From Octopus sinensis (Eukaryota): DNA of 64,000 nt. Position numbers and translations under genes: made by a program. Positions 42,150-55,233 of the stretch are shown one piece after another. The notes below the pieces were generated by a model. That model was not told the origin of the DNA, did not search any database, and saw nothing but the letters and a program-made list of their open reading frames with translations. The stretch lies in NCBI RefSeq assembly GCF_006345805.1, contig NW_021837040.1:1-64000 (forward strand). The letters are read 5' to 3'. The stretch's first letter is position 1. Each line of letters begins with the position of its first letter.

Positions 42150-42603
42150 GACTATCTGGATGAAATCCACTCAATCACACGCCAGATTTTACCATAACGA
42201 TAAATACGCGTGTGGTTCAATTGATTACATCCGACGTTATAATTCAAATGCCCCACCCAACAGCGCGCCAAACTCTCACGAAACAAATACAGCATTTAGA
42301 AATAAATGCAGCATAATTATAATTAATTAATAAGGGTGAGAGAATTAGATACTAATTTAATAGTATATTTATTCCACACCAAGTGGCCTAGTGCTACGAG
42401 AAACCTGGATTTTATAATATTTTATAACATATTATAATATTTTCACAAAATAAATATAGAGAGTGGTCACTATATTGATCACTCTAGCACCAGTTAATCC
42501 AAAAGGTTTCAACCACGAAAATACATGTTTCCCATGAAAGCCAAGTACGACTGTTAGCTCACACGGACAGGGCAAATAAAAAACAACAAAAATACAGATT
42601 ATT

Positions 42604-42678
42604 TTGGGACAATTGTTTCGCTATTATGAATTAAATGTAATATTACTTACAATAATCCATTTGTAGCTCGTCAGCCAA
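42604..42678 (-). ncRNA. Hammerhead ribozyme, array unit 3
   Basis: Same intact motif. Confidence 0.85.
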
Positions 42679-43606
42679 GACTATCTGGATGAAATCCACT
42701 CAATCACACGCCAGATTTTACCATAACGATAAATACGCGTGTGGTTCAATGATTACATCCGACGTTATAATTCAAATGCCCCAACCAACAGCGCGCCAAA
42801 CTCTCACGGACCAATACGCATTTAGAAATACAGCATATTATAATTAATTAATAGGGTGAGAGAATTAGATACTAATTTAATAGTATATTTATTCCAATCC
42901 ACACAGCCTGAGATTATAATAACATAGTACTATAAAAATCATAATGCAAGACAATATTATTAATAATAATATAATAGAGCAGATTACACAAGTAAAGTAG
43001 TGACAATAATATGTGGATGAAACGTGATTATAATATATATATCATTATAAATTGTTCACAAAAAATAAATATAAGAGAGTGGTCACTTATTGATCACTCT
43101 AGCACCAGTTAATCCAAAAGGTTTCAACCACGAAAATACATGTTTCCCATAAAGCCAAGTACGACTGTTAGCTCACACGGACAGGGCAAATAAAAAACAA
43201 CAAAAATACAGATTATTTAGGGACAATTGTTTCGCTATGTGGTTGAAACCTTTTGGATTAACTGGTGCTAGAGTGATCAATATAGTGACCACTCTCTTAT
43301 ATTTATTTTGTGAAAATATTATAATATGTTATAAAATATTATAATAATCCAGGTTTCTCGTAGCACTAGGCCACTTGGTGTGGAATAAATATACTATTAA
43401 ATTAGTATCTAATTCTCTCACCCTTATTAATTAATTATAATATGCTGCATTTATTTCTAAATGCTGTATTTGTTTCCGTGAGAGTTTGGCGCGCTGTTGG
43501 TTGGGCATTTGAATTATAACGTCGGATGTAATCAATTGAACCACACGCGTATTTATCGTTATGGTAAAATCTGGCGTGTGATTGAGTGGATTTCATCCAG
43601 ATAGTC

Positions 43607-43682
43607 TTGGCTGACGAGCTACAAATGGATTATTGTAAGTAATATTACATTTAATTCATTAATAGCGAAACAATTGTCCCAA
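43607..43682 (+). ncRNA. Hammerhead ribozyme, inverted array unit
   Basis: ttgg CTGACGA gcta...tagc GAAAC aatt GTC ccaa read directly on the plus strand. Confidence 0.87.
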
Positions 43683-43834
43683 TAATCTGTATTTTGTTGT
43701 TTTTTATTTGCCCTGTCCGTGTGAGCTAACAGTCGTACTTGGCTTTCATGGAAACATGTATTTTCGTGGTTGAAACCTTTTGGATTAACTGGTGCTAGAG
43801 TGATCAATATAGTGACCACTCTCTTATATTTATT

Positions 43835-43875
<41 letters not shown>

Positions 43876-43909
43876 GTTATATTATATATGTATATATATA
43901 TATATATAT

Positions 43910-43946
<37 letters not shown>

Positions 43947-44132
43947 GTATATATAATATGTATATATGTATATATATTGTATATATATATATGTATATAT
44001 ATATATGTATATATATCTATGTATATATATATATATGTTATATATATATGTATATATATGTATATATATGTATATATATATGTATATATATATATGTATA
44101 TATGTATATATATATATGTATATATCTATATG

Positions 44133-44163
<31 letters not shown>

Positions 44164-44183
44164 GTTATTATATATATATATAA

Positions 44184-44252
<69 letters not shown>

Positions 44253-44314
44253 GTATATATATATATATATATATAATATATATAATAGATTATATTATAT
44301 ATATATATTATATG

Positions 44315-44398
<84 letters not shown>

Positions 44399-44484
44399 TA
44401 TAAAATAATAATAAATATTAGGGAATAAATCCAAATTTACAAGGAAAAATCAGAATTAAGATTGAATCCAATTTTAGTAAAATA

Positions 44485-44690
44485 TTATATTATATTAAAT
44501 TAGAGACAAAACCACTATTATGCAAATCAAACAAAGAAAGACTTAAGCCAATACATAAAATAATCTATATAAATTAAGATTTAACATATGTTAAATTTTA
44601 ATTTATATAAATTATTTTATGTATTGGCTTAAGTCTTTCTTTGTTTGATTTGCATAATAGTGGTTTTGTCTCTAATTTAATATAATATAT
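44485..44690. repeat. Near-perfect ~200 bp palindrome centred on catatg (~44588)
   Basis: aattagagacaaaaccactattatgc...aacatatgtt...gcataatagtggttttgtctctaatt. Confidence 0.9.
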
Positions 44691-44699
44691 ATATATATA

Positions 44700-46115
44700 G
44701 AAAATCGTAAAAAGTGAAAAAACTACAGAAGGCTTGTTTTAAAAGGTTAAAAAATATATATTGAGTCAATATGCCTGAAGAATGTTATAAATTTTTTTCA
44801 TACAATGACATAGTTTAGAAGAAATGACCGGTTTCGCGTTCAGCTTTTCAAATTTCTTAAATCGTTATGTTTACGTTGAGCGAAGATCTAGATAAGGGGA
44901 GGTAATAAGTGATTTCTTCCGGTGTAAGGGAGATAATTGCTTAAAATTATTTGCCTTTCTTTTGGACTGAGTTTCTCTGTATAAGTATGTTGGAATGGTT
45001 AAGTTTGGGCTTGTATTTTTCAATGAAGAATGTTTCCTTGTTTAGTCTAATTTGTGTTGGTGTTCCGATAGCACATTGGTAAAATGGAAAGATTAAAAAT
45101 TGTGGTAGTAGTTGCTTTACGCATTTCTCAATGTGCTCATTAAAGGGTATCATTCTGTATTCTGGGAATGCAATCTGTTGTCGATGCAGTGTGCATCTAC
45201 GTCTGAGTGATAGTCCCGTGGATCCCACGTAGTCTTGGTGGCAGCCCGAGCATTTTATGGCATAAATTATGTTTTCAGAGGCACAAGTAAAATTAGATTT
45301 GATCTTGAATTTCTGTCCCTCTTTGAAAAGGAATTCTGATCCTTCTAGCAGGTTTGGACATGTTGCACAGTTCGGTCTACCACATTTTTTTACTGTTGTA
45401 TCCGTAATTTCAGAAAACAATTTTGCCTTTGTGAGAATCTTTTTAAGTGATTTAGGCTGTTTGTAGCTTTTAATGATTTGGTGTGTGTTTAGAATTTCCT
45501 TTAATTTGGGGTCCTTATGAAGTATTGGTAAATTCTGGGTGATGATGGTGAAGGCTTCTTTGTTTCTGGGCTTGTATGTGGATATGTAAGGTAGTATTTT
45601 CGGGGAAGGTGTGTTGTTGTGTTGAACTTTTCTTTAAGTTTCTATGTTGATTTCTGTTGCACGTCTGATCCCATCCTCTATGAGTTGAGCTGGGTAATGT
45701 CTGTCAATTAGGGTGTTTTTGAGTTCTTGCAGTCTGAAGTTCCTGGTATTTTGTTCTGACACTATTGTGCATATCCTTCTTGCAAGGTTGAATGGGATGT
45801 TTGTTTTAGTGTGTCTTGGGTGGCATGAATCAAAAAGAAAGTATTGTTTGGCGTCTGTAGCTTTGTAAAAAATGTCTGTTTCTATTTTAAGGTTAATTTT
45901 TTTAATTAGTATATCCAAGAATGGGAGCTCCTTTTTGTTGTATTCCATTGTGAACTGTATATTTGGGTTTATGCTGTTCAATAGGTTTTTAAATTTTAGG
46001 AGTTTATCTGTGTTTTCATTCCAGAGTATAAAACAATCGTCCAGGAATCGTTTCCAATTCTCTTTTATGTATTGAGAGAGGGGGTTTCCAAAGATTGATA
46101 AAGATTCCTGGTAAA
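44700..46115 (-). mobile_element. Penelope-like element, possibly Neptune-type (RT C-terminus, Cys linker, GIY-YIG)
   Basis: WKRFLDDCFI, LPFLDILI, SCHPRHTKTNIP, CGRPNCATC, NIIYAIKCSGCHQDYVGST, EKYKPKLN. Confidence 0.9.
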
Positions 46116-46119
46116 TGAT

Positions 46120-46159
<40 letters not shown>

Positions 46160-46241
46160 TGGTCTTAATGGTGGACACACGCGTACCTCTCCTGCTCTTA
46201 TTGCTACTAATACTACAGTAAATTTATTTCGAAACGCTCAC

Positions 46242-46411
46242 CTTCATTGATATCTTCACTTGTGATGTTTTCTAGTTGTTGAGTGATCCCCTCTGTATTG
46301 TAACACTGAGACATGTCTGGTTCTTTCCAGACACCAGTGAATGGTGAACATTTTGGTGATTTCACATATTGACTTGTTGGCATTTCGGAATATTCCATCT
46401 TTCCGGAAGAA
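46242..46411 (-). CDS. Adhesion-GPCR-like exon: second half of hormone-receptor domain and start of GAIN
   Basis: C..PFTGVWKEPDMSQC..QQLENIT; ag/gt boundaries; phase 2 to 1, fits the preceding exon. Confidence 0.8.
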
Positions 46412-46869
46412 CTGAAACATATAAAATATTATCAGATGTGTTTATGCACTTTTATTGCATCAATATAAGAAGGATGTGAGAGAAACATGGACTTGATCGG
46501 GATTTGAACCTATAGCCTAGTGGAAGAAGGATAAATACAGTGATATGTTTGGCCAGTAATCTGGCATGGAATGGAACGCTTGACGGAGTATTGAGCGACG
46601 AGTCTGTTGATAGGTGAGTGGGGAAATCACCTGTTTATATTTCGTCGTTGCCGATATTGCTATCACGATTACCACCACCAAAACCACCACCAGCAAAATA
46701 TCGCACGACAGGGTTGTTTTCAAGCGCTTCCTTGCCAGTCCCACCTCATCACATCATTTCTTTCATGTAGATTTCTCTAATGCGGTGCTGATGGGTTCAC
46801 CCCCAGGTCTAAGTTATTCCTTCATTTACTCCACAAATGTCTTGTCGTCAATGTTTTATTTCCCCGTAT

Positions 46870-47590
46870 CACATGTTTCAACTTAACTGTATCATATAGA
46901 CAAATTATGCCATTTAAATCCCGATCAACGCTGGGTATGTCTGATAGTATGAGATATAACAAATTGATTTCCTTGGAAATTTCCGAAGTTAGGATATGTG
47001 GTAACTTCAACACTTTGATCCGGAGACAAAGAAATAATCCATGCATTGGAAACATCCCTCCTCACCTGCTCCAAAAAGGCCAAGGTCGTTTAATCTGCCA
47101 GGAAAGTGATGGCTTCAGTTTTAGGAGATGAAAAAGGCATTCTGTTATTTATTACATTCATAATGGCAACACAATCATTGGAGAGTAATATGCCAAATTA
47201 CTGAGGCAGTCACAAATGATTATAATGATAAAAAGCCCAGGAAACTTGACGAAAGAGGTCCTGTTTCATGAGGATAATGCTCCGGCCCACGAGGCCTTCG
47301 TTTCAATGGCTACTGTGTTTGACTATGACTTTGAACTTGATGATTAGCGTCCCTGTTCTCCAGATTTGGGCCCTTTTAACTATCATCTGCTTCCCCAACA
47401 TGAAAACTACTTGGTTGAGAAACGGTATTGCGATGATGATGACAAGATGATAAATTCTTCACCAATAGGAATCAAAAATTGGAACAAGAAATGTGTAGAC
47501 TGGTAGGGGGAATCTATTGATAAAATACTTCCTCCCACATTTGATAACATTCCATAAGAGTATCTTAGTCACCCTATGAGCTTTCCAGCC
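46870..47590 (+). mobile_element. Decayed mariner transposase
   Basis: PKKAKVV..RKVMASV..GILL, VLFHEDNAPAH, CSPDLGP. Confidence 0.8.
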
Positions 47591-48060
47591 TATTCTCGTG
47601 TGAAGCTGCTCAGTTCTTGAAAGTAACAGTTTAGATGAATAACATGTGGAATTGAGTAGTGAAAATGAAAGAAGAGTCACCATGATGAGTCCACCCTTTG
47701 CTTTCTTCGTTCACCACAATACAGTAACAAAACGTATGCTCTAGAGTAAATCATAAAATCGTATGAAAAGGATATTACCCCGAAATCAATAGAAATGATG
47801 ATAAATACTGCTGGCTGAGTTTACATATGTGTTTTCGTCCCTACATATACTTTGTGACATTCTGGCACTTACAGGAATCTTAATCACAAATTATTTAAAC
47901 CTTTGTCTAACATCAGCAAGAAGGGAAATATCAGTGATGAGACCAACGCAAAACTATGTGGTATCCTGTAGAAAATGTAAAATAGCAGAATTGAATGATT
48001 TCAACAGACACACATTAATTAATTTAACCATCTTAATCTCTCTGGGTGTTTTATTTACTA

Positions 48061-50196
48061 CTAGCAGCATAGCCCGGCGTTGCCCGGTTATGTAAGAAAC
48101 TTTGTCGATAAGCAATGCCCTTTACCTTTTTACCCTTTTTTGTACTCATTGAACCGTTATTTTGTAAAATGAAGCCTAGTGGCGTTGTAGTTGAATGCTA
48201 GTGACGACCAGAAAGTGGGGGCAGAGGTACGTACACCACGAATGATATCCCGATGTTGGTTGATACTCTCAAGTCGAGTGCACCGTGCCTCAGCAGATTG
48301 ATATGCGCGTGCGACAGCGGTAGCAGTGGAATCCCTTGAAAGCCTTTGAGCTCTCGCCTCAGCACTCTCTGAAGCCCTAGCAGAAACAGTGTTAATGGCA
48401 TCTCTGGATGTCCGAATAGTTCGTTGGTCTGGAGTTTCGGGAGATCGAGCCATGGCTGTGTTTGCGGCGTTAGCAGCTTGGCGAGCTCTCCCCTGTTGAG
48501 GTGTTTCCTCAGATCGAGCCGTGGCTGTGTTTGCGGCATCAGCAGCTTGGCGAGCTCTCTTCTGTTGAGGTGTTTCCTCAGATCGAGCCGTGGCTGTATT
48601 TGCGGCGTCAGCAGCTTGGCGAGTTCTCCTCTGCTGTGGGGTTTCGACAGATCGTGTCCTGGCGGTGCTAGCTGCGTTAGCCGCATTCCGAATGGCCCTT
48701 TGTTCGGGATTCTCGCGAGCTCTGCGGATGAAAGCACAGGAAGAAGCTCGCATATTTTGGCTGGACTGTTGCTCTTTTGTCAACCTCGAGCGGAGGGAAG
48801 ATTTGTACGCTGTGGCCCTTGCCAGTCGAGTAGAACGGTCGCTAGTAGTTTCAGATGCCTGAGCAGCAGCAGAACGGGAAGCTTTTTGCGAGAGGCGCAA
48901 GGCGATTTCCTCGTGGGTCTCTTCTTGGATGGCATTTTGGTGGATAGCAATGTGTTTGGCAAAGGTGTAATAAAAATGAACACGTGGGGTAAGTATCCCA
49001 AAATGTATAAAAATGTACAAAAACGGAAAAAAGCGGGAAACAATGTGAGTGACAACAATGAAAAAGCGAAAAGTGACCAAACTGAACAAACGAATGGAAA
49101 AGGTTTTTTGGTGCACACGACAAAAGCGGCTTATAAGAAACCAAGAGTTTGCAAGTAGCGTCCGAGGACCCTTAGGGTACGTCAAAAATTTTAAGGTAAA
49201 ACGTTTGGGGTGGTAGTTATAAAGAAAGTTTAAACAAAAAAACTATTCGAATAACTTGCGCCTGCAGCAGCGATTAGCAGAAGTAGGCCAACGTGTGAAG
49301 CGAGCGGGTGTGAACCGAGAGAAGAAGTGAGAGTCACAAACTATACGCGCACAACTGAGTGTGTCAGTGCATGTGATTGGCCAAAGGGTGTTTAATTGAG
49401 AGCATACTTCACCGTTTGGGGAGCCAATGAGAAGAGCTGCAATCATCATGTCAAGGACATGCGCGCACGTGCGCACACAACCGCAAACGCATATACAGCC
49501 CAACATAGCTCGGATTTGAAGTAAAAGGAAAACATATGCCATTTCTAGTAACCTTTATGATAAAAATCGACTAAATCGCCTGAAATCCGCCAACTATTTA
49601 ACAAAAGTCAGTTTTGTAGGGTTCGCATGATCGGTCTCAAAGTGATATGGTTTTGTCGATTTCTCCCAATACTTGTTAACTGCATTGAGAAAAGGTCGTT
49701 AGTTTGACATTTAATGCAAACTTGATGTCCAACATCGGTGTAGGGAAAATGTATGTGAAGTTTCATAAAATATCGCAGAAAAATCGGTTTGCTATGTGTG
49801 CCACATATGATATAATTAACCGATTTTTTCCAGTAATAACGTATCCTATTGGAATCAAAAGGGCCATATAGCTTCTTGGAGCAGACATATATATATATGA
49901 TAAAATAAATGTTTCCAAAAAAATCCCTGCCAATTTGTTAAAAATATTGTCGAAAATATGTCATTTTGAATTTGAACGTGATTTCCCAAAATGGCATGAT
50001 TTTATCGATTTTTTCTGATGGTAAGGTATTGCATGGAAAACTAACGTCAGAATTAAGTTCCTTAGCGTAACATTAAGCTTCACCATCAGTTTGGTGAAAA
50101 TCGATTGCAAGTTGCAAAAACTACAACGGAAAATATGTTGCATATGATAAGCTTAGATTCTCGACCCCATGTCGAATTTATCGACTTATAGAGAGA
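48061..50196 (-). mobile_element. Internally deleted Helitron keeping an N-terminal ORF with 23-aa STPR-like repeats
   Basis: Minus-strand 5' A|TCtctctataag, 3' ccgggcaacgccgggc hairpin then CTAG|T; ORF (MPSKK start, frameshifted) with ETPQQxRARQAADAANTATARSE repeats ending near LAFNY. Confidence 0.8.
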
Positions 50197-50275
50197 TGTC
50201 GTGAAACATTCTCTCACAATAAGATGACACTGAAAACTTCAAACTTTGAAATGAAATAAAACAATAGAAACGAAC

Positions 50276-50390
50276 CAGTGTCTTGTTGCTACATTTGCAT
50301 GGCATGGGATCGTCACATTAGTCCCTACTTTTGTCATTGGCCAATGGAAAGTGCCATTGCTAGTTGCTGTAGTGTTTTCATTACAAACCA
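50276..50390 (-). CDS. Adhesion-GPCR-like exon: first half of hormone-receptor domain
   Basis: VCNENTTATSNGTFHWPMTKVGTNVTIPCHANVATRHC; phase 1 to 2. Confidence 0.85.
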
Positions 50391-50473
50391 CTGAAAAACA
50401 AATAAAATATGTACATGAAATATATATTACAGAATTCATAGCTGCGTATTATATACTGGAAAATGCATGTATA

Positions 50474-53400
50474 TCTCTTATTATAAAAGGCAGATTTTAT
50501 CTGCCTCCCTTTGTATCTTATAGAAATCTACAATATAGGATTTCTTCAATTACAATTTACCTAGCATTTTTAAGAGTAGAATGCATCGAAACGTGCCAGG
50601 TCCAGTTTTTAAAATTTAAACTCCAATTAAGCAAAATTTAGAGAAAACTCACATTGTGGTGTATAAGTCAAATGCTTTTCTTAGTGTGGGCTACAGGACT
50701 CGCACACACACACACACACAAAGGGAGCGATCTGATTCACTCACGCTATCACTCTCATTTCTACGACTTTCTCTTTGCAAGTGTGCAACGATTAAACTGA
50801 AAGTATTTCTATAAAACGGATCACTCATGCTATCAACATAATTTCTCCCACTTTCTCTTTGCAAGTGTACCTTAAACCACTACTCAAAAAAAAACACAGC
50901 AAACAGAAACAAATAAAGACATAACGATTTACTCCTCACACAATTTCTTCAATTAGAGTTTACCTAAGATTTTTCAAAGTACTCCATTCGGTCATGCCAT
51001 AACAAATTTCTTTCAATTTCACCCCCAATTAAGACAAAATTCGAGAAAACTCAATATTTTAACATTTCACTCCGAAAGCATTGATGTACATGTGTGCGTG
51101 CGTGAGTGTGTGTGTGTGTGTGTGTGTGTTTGATGGGTTGTGCGACACAGAAAGTGTGGTGTGTAAGTGAAGTGCTTTTGTTAGTGTGTGTAAAGAGACA
51201 GAGAGAGTGAAAGACAGAAATAACTGAACTTTTTTTATTCACTTTTTGTAGTGAGTGACTGAGAGAGAAAAGAGAGAGAGAGGTTATGTATGTATATATG
51301 TATGTATGGCTTCAGTGACACACACACACAAAAACACATACCTACGTACACCTAAAGCACGCACACACACACAAGCGGAGCGCGAACTTCAAAATTTTGG
51401 TAGTATTAATTTGCGAGCGTACTTCTAAGCGCGCGTAATTGAAAGTTTTCACTATGATATCATCACGTGCGAAAAAATTCGAAGGGTTTTGAACAATTGA
51501 GATACAGATGTCACGCCTGTATTGAAACCATTGCTAAGCTGCCGTAATTGCTTAATTAAGACTTTGTTTAAATTGAAAGGTGCAAATATGTGACGAGGTT
51601 GAAAAAAATACCCCAGAAAAAAAAATGTACTGCTGGTATTTATATAATTCACTACTATTTTGCTACAATGTCATGAAAAAGAAAAAATTAAGGTATGTAC
51701 AACATATAGTATACATTTTTTCTATTCATTCAATTCATTCAACGAAAATAAAAAAATCGAATTCGCCACCCCATTTTCCCCGTTCGCGTTTGTGTAAAAA
51801 AAATTATTATTTAAGTTTTAAAAATTATTTACTTTGTTCAAAAAATATTAATATTAATTAATTTTCAAGAATTATTTAATTCATTAATTTTATTCTGTAA
51901 AATAGTAATTAATTCATTTATCTGTAAATCCGCGAGGTTGTTATTCAGGCACCTAGAAATAGCAGCCAGATTTTTATATTCTAAATAATTTGCAATTTCA
52001 AAAAATATATTAATTTTGCGTTATTTAATTTGATAAATTCTACGGAATAATTTTGCGCGTTATATACGTTCACGTTTCTGTAAAAAAAAGTAATTATTTA
52101 AGGGCGATCGAGTATCGAGTACCTACTTCTGGCTCGCGCGCACGCGCGAATACGCGTGTGCGCAACCGGGACCACCCTGCATACAAGTACCCATATATAC
52201 ATCCATACATACATGTGTGTGTGTGTCTATGTATGTGTATTAATGTGTGTGTGTAATCTCTTATTATAAAAGGCAGATTTTATCTGCCTCCCTTTGTATC
52301 TTATAGAAATCTACAATATAGGATTTCTTCAATTACAATTTACCCAGCATTTTTAAGAGTAGAATGCATCGGGTCATGCCAGGTCCAGTTTTTAAAATTT
52401 AAACTCCAATTAAGCAAAATTTACAGAAAACTCACATTCTGGTGTGTATGTCAAATGCTTTTCTTAATGTGGTTTACACCACACGCACACGCACACACAC
52501 AGTGTGCAACGAATAAAGTGAAAGTAATTCACTGTGTGTGTGTCGACAGGTAGACAATAGAATGCGATGGCGATGGCGATGGCGATGTAATATTTGTTTC
52601 TGTCTATCACGCTGATAGATACATGAGTAAAATGTATGGCAAGCTAAGAGATAAGAGTGAGTGAAAATGTTCTTGGAAGAGAGTAAATAGCGACAGAGTG
52701 ATTTGAGGAAGACTAAACTGAAAGTATTTCTATAAAACGGATCACTCATGCTATCAACATAATTTCTCCCGCTTTCTCTTGCAAGTGTACCTTAAACCAC
52801 TACTCAAAAAATAAAAAACACAGCAAACAGAAACAAATAAATACATAACGATTTACTCCTCACACAATTTCTTCAATTAGAGTTTACCTAAGATTTTTCA
52901 AAGTACTCCATTCGGTCATGCCATAACAAATTTCTTTCAATTTCACCCCCAATTAAGACAAAATTCGAGAAAACTCAATATTTTAACATTTCACTCCGAA
53001 AGCATTGATGTACATGTGTGCGTGCGTGAGTGTGTGTGTGTGTGTGTGTGTGTTTGATGGGTTGTGCGACACAGAAAGTGTGGTGTGTAAGTGAAGTGCT
53101 TTTGTTAGTGTGTGTAAAGAGACAGAGAGAGTGAAAGACAGAAATAACTGAACTTTTTTTATACACTTTTTGTAGTGAGTGACTGAGAGAGAAAAGAGAG
53201 AGAGAGGTTATGTATGTATATATGTATGTATGGCTTCAGTGACACACACACACAAAAACACATACCTACGTACACCTAAAGCACGCACACACACACAAGC
53301 GGAGCGCGAACTTCAAAATTTTGGTAGTATTAATTTGTGAACGTACTTCTAAGCGCGCGTAATTGAAAGTTTTCACTATGATATCATCACGTGCGAAAAA

Positions 53401-54157
53401 ATTCGAAGGGTTTTGAACAATTGAGATACAGATGTCACGCCTGTATTGAAACCATTGCTAAGCTGCCGTAATTGCTTAATTAAGACTTTGTTTAAATTGA
53501 AAGGGGCAAATATGTGACGAGGTTGAAAAAAAATACCCCAGAAAAAAAATGTACTGCTGGTATTTATATAATTCACTACTATTTTGCTACAATGTCATGA
53601 AAAATAAAAAATTAAGGTATGTACAACATATAATATACATTTTTTCTATTCATTCAACGAAAATAAAAAAATCGAATTCGCCACCCCTTTTTCCCCGTTC
53701 GCGTTTGTGTAAAAAAAATTATTATTTAAGTTTTAAAAATTATTTACTTTGTTCAAAAAATATTAATATAAATTAATTTTCAAGAATTATTTAATTTTAT
53801 TCTGTAAAATAGTAATTAATTCATTTATCTGTAAATCCGCGAGGTTGTTACTCAGGCACCTAGAAATAGCAGCCAGATTTTTATATTCTAAATAATTTGC
53901 AATTTCAAAAAATATATTAATTTTGCGTTATTTAATTTGATAAATTCTACGGAATAATTTTGCGCGTGATATACGTTCGCGTTTCTGTAAAAAAAAGTAA
54001 TTATTTAAGGGCGATCGAGTATCGAGTACCTACGTCTGGCTCGCGCGCATGCGCGAATCCGCGTGTGTGCAACCGGGACCACTCTAAGTACCCATATATA
54101 CATCCATACATACATGTGTGTGTGTGTCTATGTATGTGTATTAATGTGTGTGTGTTA
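50474..54157 (+). mobile_element. Two tandem ~1.8-1.9 kb Helitron-like units (50474-52256 and 52257-54157)
   Basis: Both start A|TCtcttattataaaaggcag and are near-identical. Confidence 0.7.
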
Positions 54158-54515
54158 TCTCTATATAAAGCTAAAGTTGTCTGTGTGCGCCACGTTTGGT
54201 AACCTTCAACTAACACTATCTCCTCCGAGACCCTGCGGCGCAAGTTGACCAAAATTGAGAGTATGATAGAAGAAGGGTTGCTCCTCCTTCCGTAGAACAT
54301 AAAATTCAAATCGGACCATGTTAACACAAAAAATTATTTACATCAAAAAGCTGCTTTTTTCTATGAAAATCCCTATTTTTTACGATTTTTTCACTGCTGT
54401 GTCGCCAGTTTTCGGTGTATTTCGACCAGAAAAATGTTCACAAAATTTTTACTTTTCAAAATTACAATTCCAGCGGGTCGAAACAAACCCGAGCAACGCC
54501 GGGCGATACTGCTAG
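54158..54515 (+). mobile_element. Short non-autonomous Helitron
   Basis: A|TCtctatataaag start; cccgagcaacgccggg hairpin then CTAG|T. Confidence 0.8.
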
Positions 54516-54844
54516 TACTAGATAAACGTGTATGAAACCAATCAGCTATACAACCAAATGAAATGTCAATCCTATTCAAATCTTTCTACCATTCAGAGAA
54601 GTTCACCAAAGCACGTGCCATGAGAGAATCAACTACTAAAAAATTAAAACAAGGAGAGATGGAAGAGATGGCCTTGAAGTTGACGATTTTTAACTAACGG
54701 AGAGATCATTTGCATTTCACCCGAGGAAACACAACTAGATCTCATTATGCATAGAAACAGTTGCATAATCAAGTACATGTATTCTTGGAGAGCCACACTG
54801 CATTTATCATTGTTGATAAAAATGACACGAAACACACTACTTAC

Positions 54845-54999
54845 TTTCATCAAATAACTCCATGTTCTGTTGTTGCAATCCCAAGTCACGCAAAATCTGT
54901 GATGTCTTAAAAATTTCGGAAATTTGTTTAAATATTTGGTCTTTAGTAATTGTACGTGGTACTGTGCAAGTAATAGTAAATACTTCCCTATCATCGTAG
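54845..54999 (-). CDS. Adhesion-GPCR-like exon, SEA-like region
   Basis: YDDREVFTITCTVPRTITKDQIFKQISEIF..; tttcag acceptor, gtaagt donor; phase 2 to 1. Confidence 0.75.
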
Positions 55000-55132
55000 C
55001 TGAAATAGGATTTAAAAACAAAATTAAATAAAGTTAGTTTCCACAACAGTCATCATATTTTTTACTTACATTGGAATCTAACTAGTTTTAATGGACATGA
55101 TCTTGTCCTAATAAAAAAAATCTAAATTCCAT

Positions 55133-55201
<69 letters not shown>

Positions 55202-55233
55202 CTTTATTTTAAGCAGCAGAAATTCAACAAAAT

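Larger units (their letters stand above)
41270..43833. repeat. Tandem array of ~527 bp hammerhead-bearing units (about 3.5 direct copies, then an inverted copy from 43239)
   Basis: ggtgagagaattagatact recurs at ~41280, 41807, 42335 and 42855, and reversed at ~43420. Confidence 0.92.

Noticed and set aside
41935-42330. 131-aa ORF inside the tandem unit
   Set aside because: Frame not preserved between units and no recognisable motif
48424-49158. 244-aa plus-strand ORF
   Set aside because: Antisense shadow of the STPR-like repeat ORF
55070-55107. Possible 38 bp micro-exon with ag/gt boundaries
   Set aside because: Would break the frame; the flanking exons already join in phase
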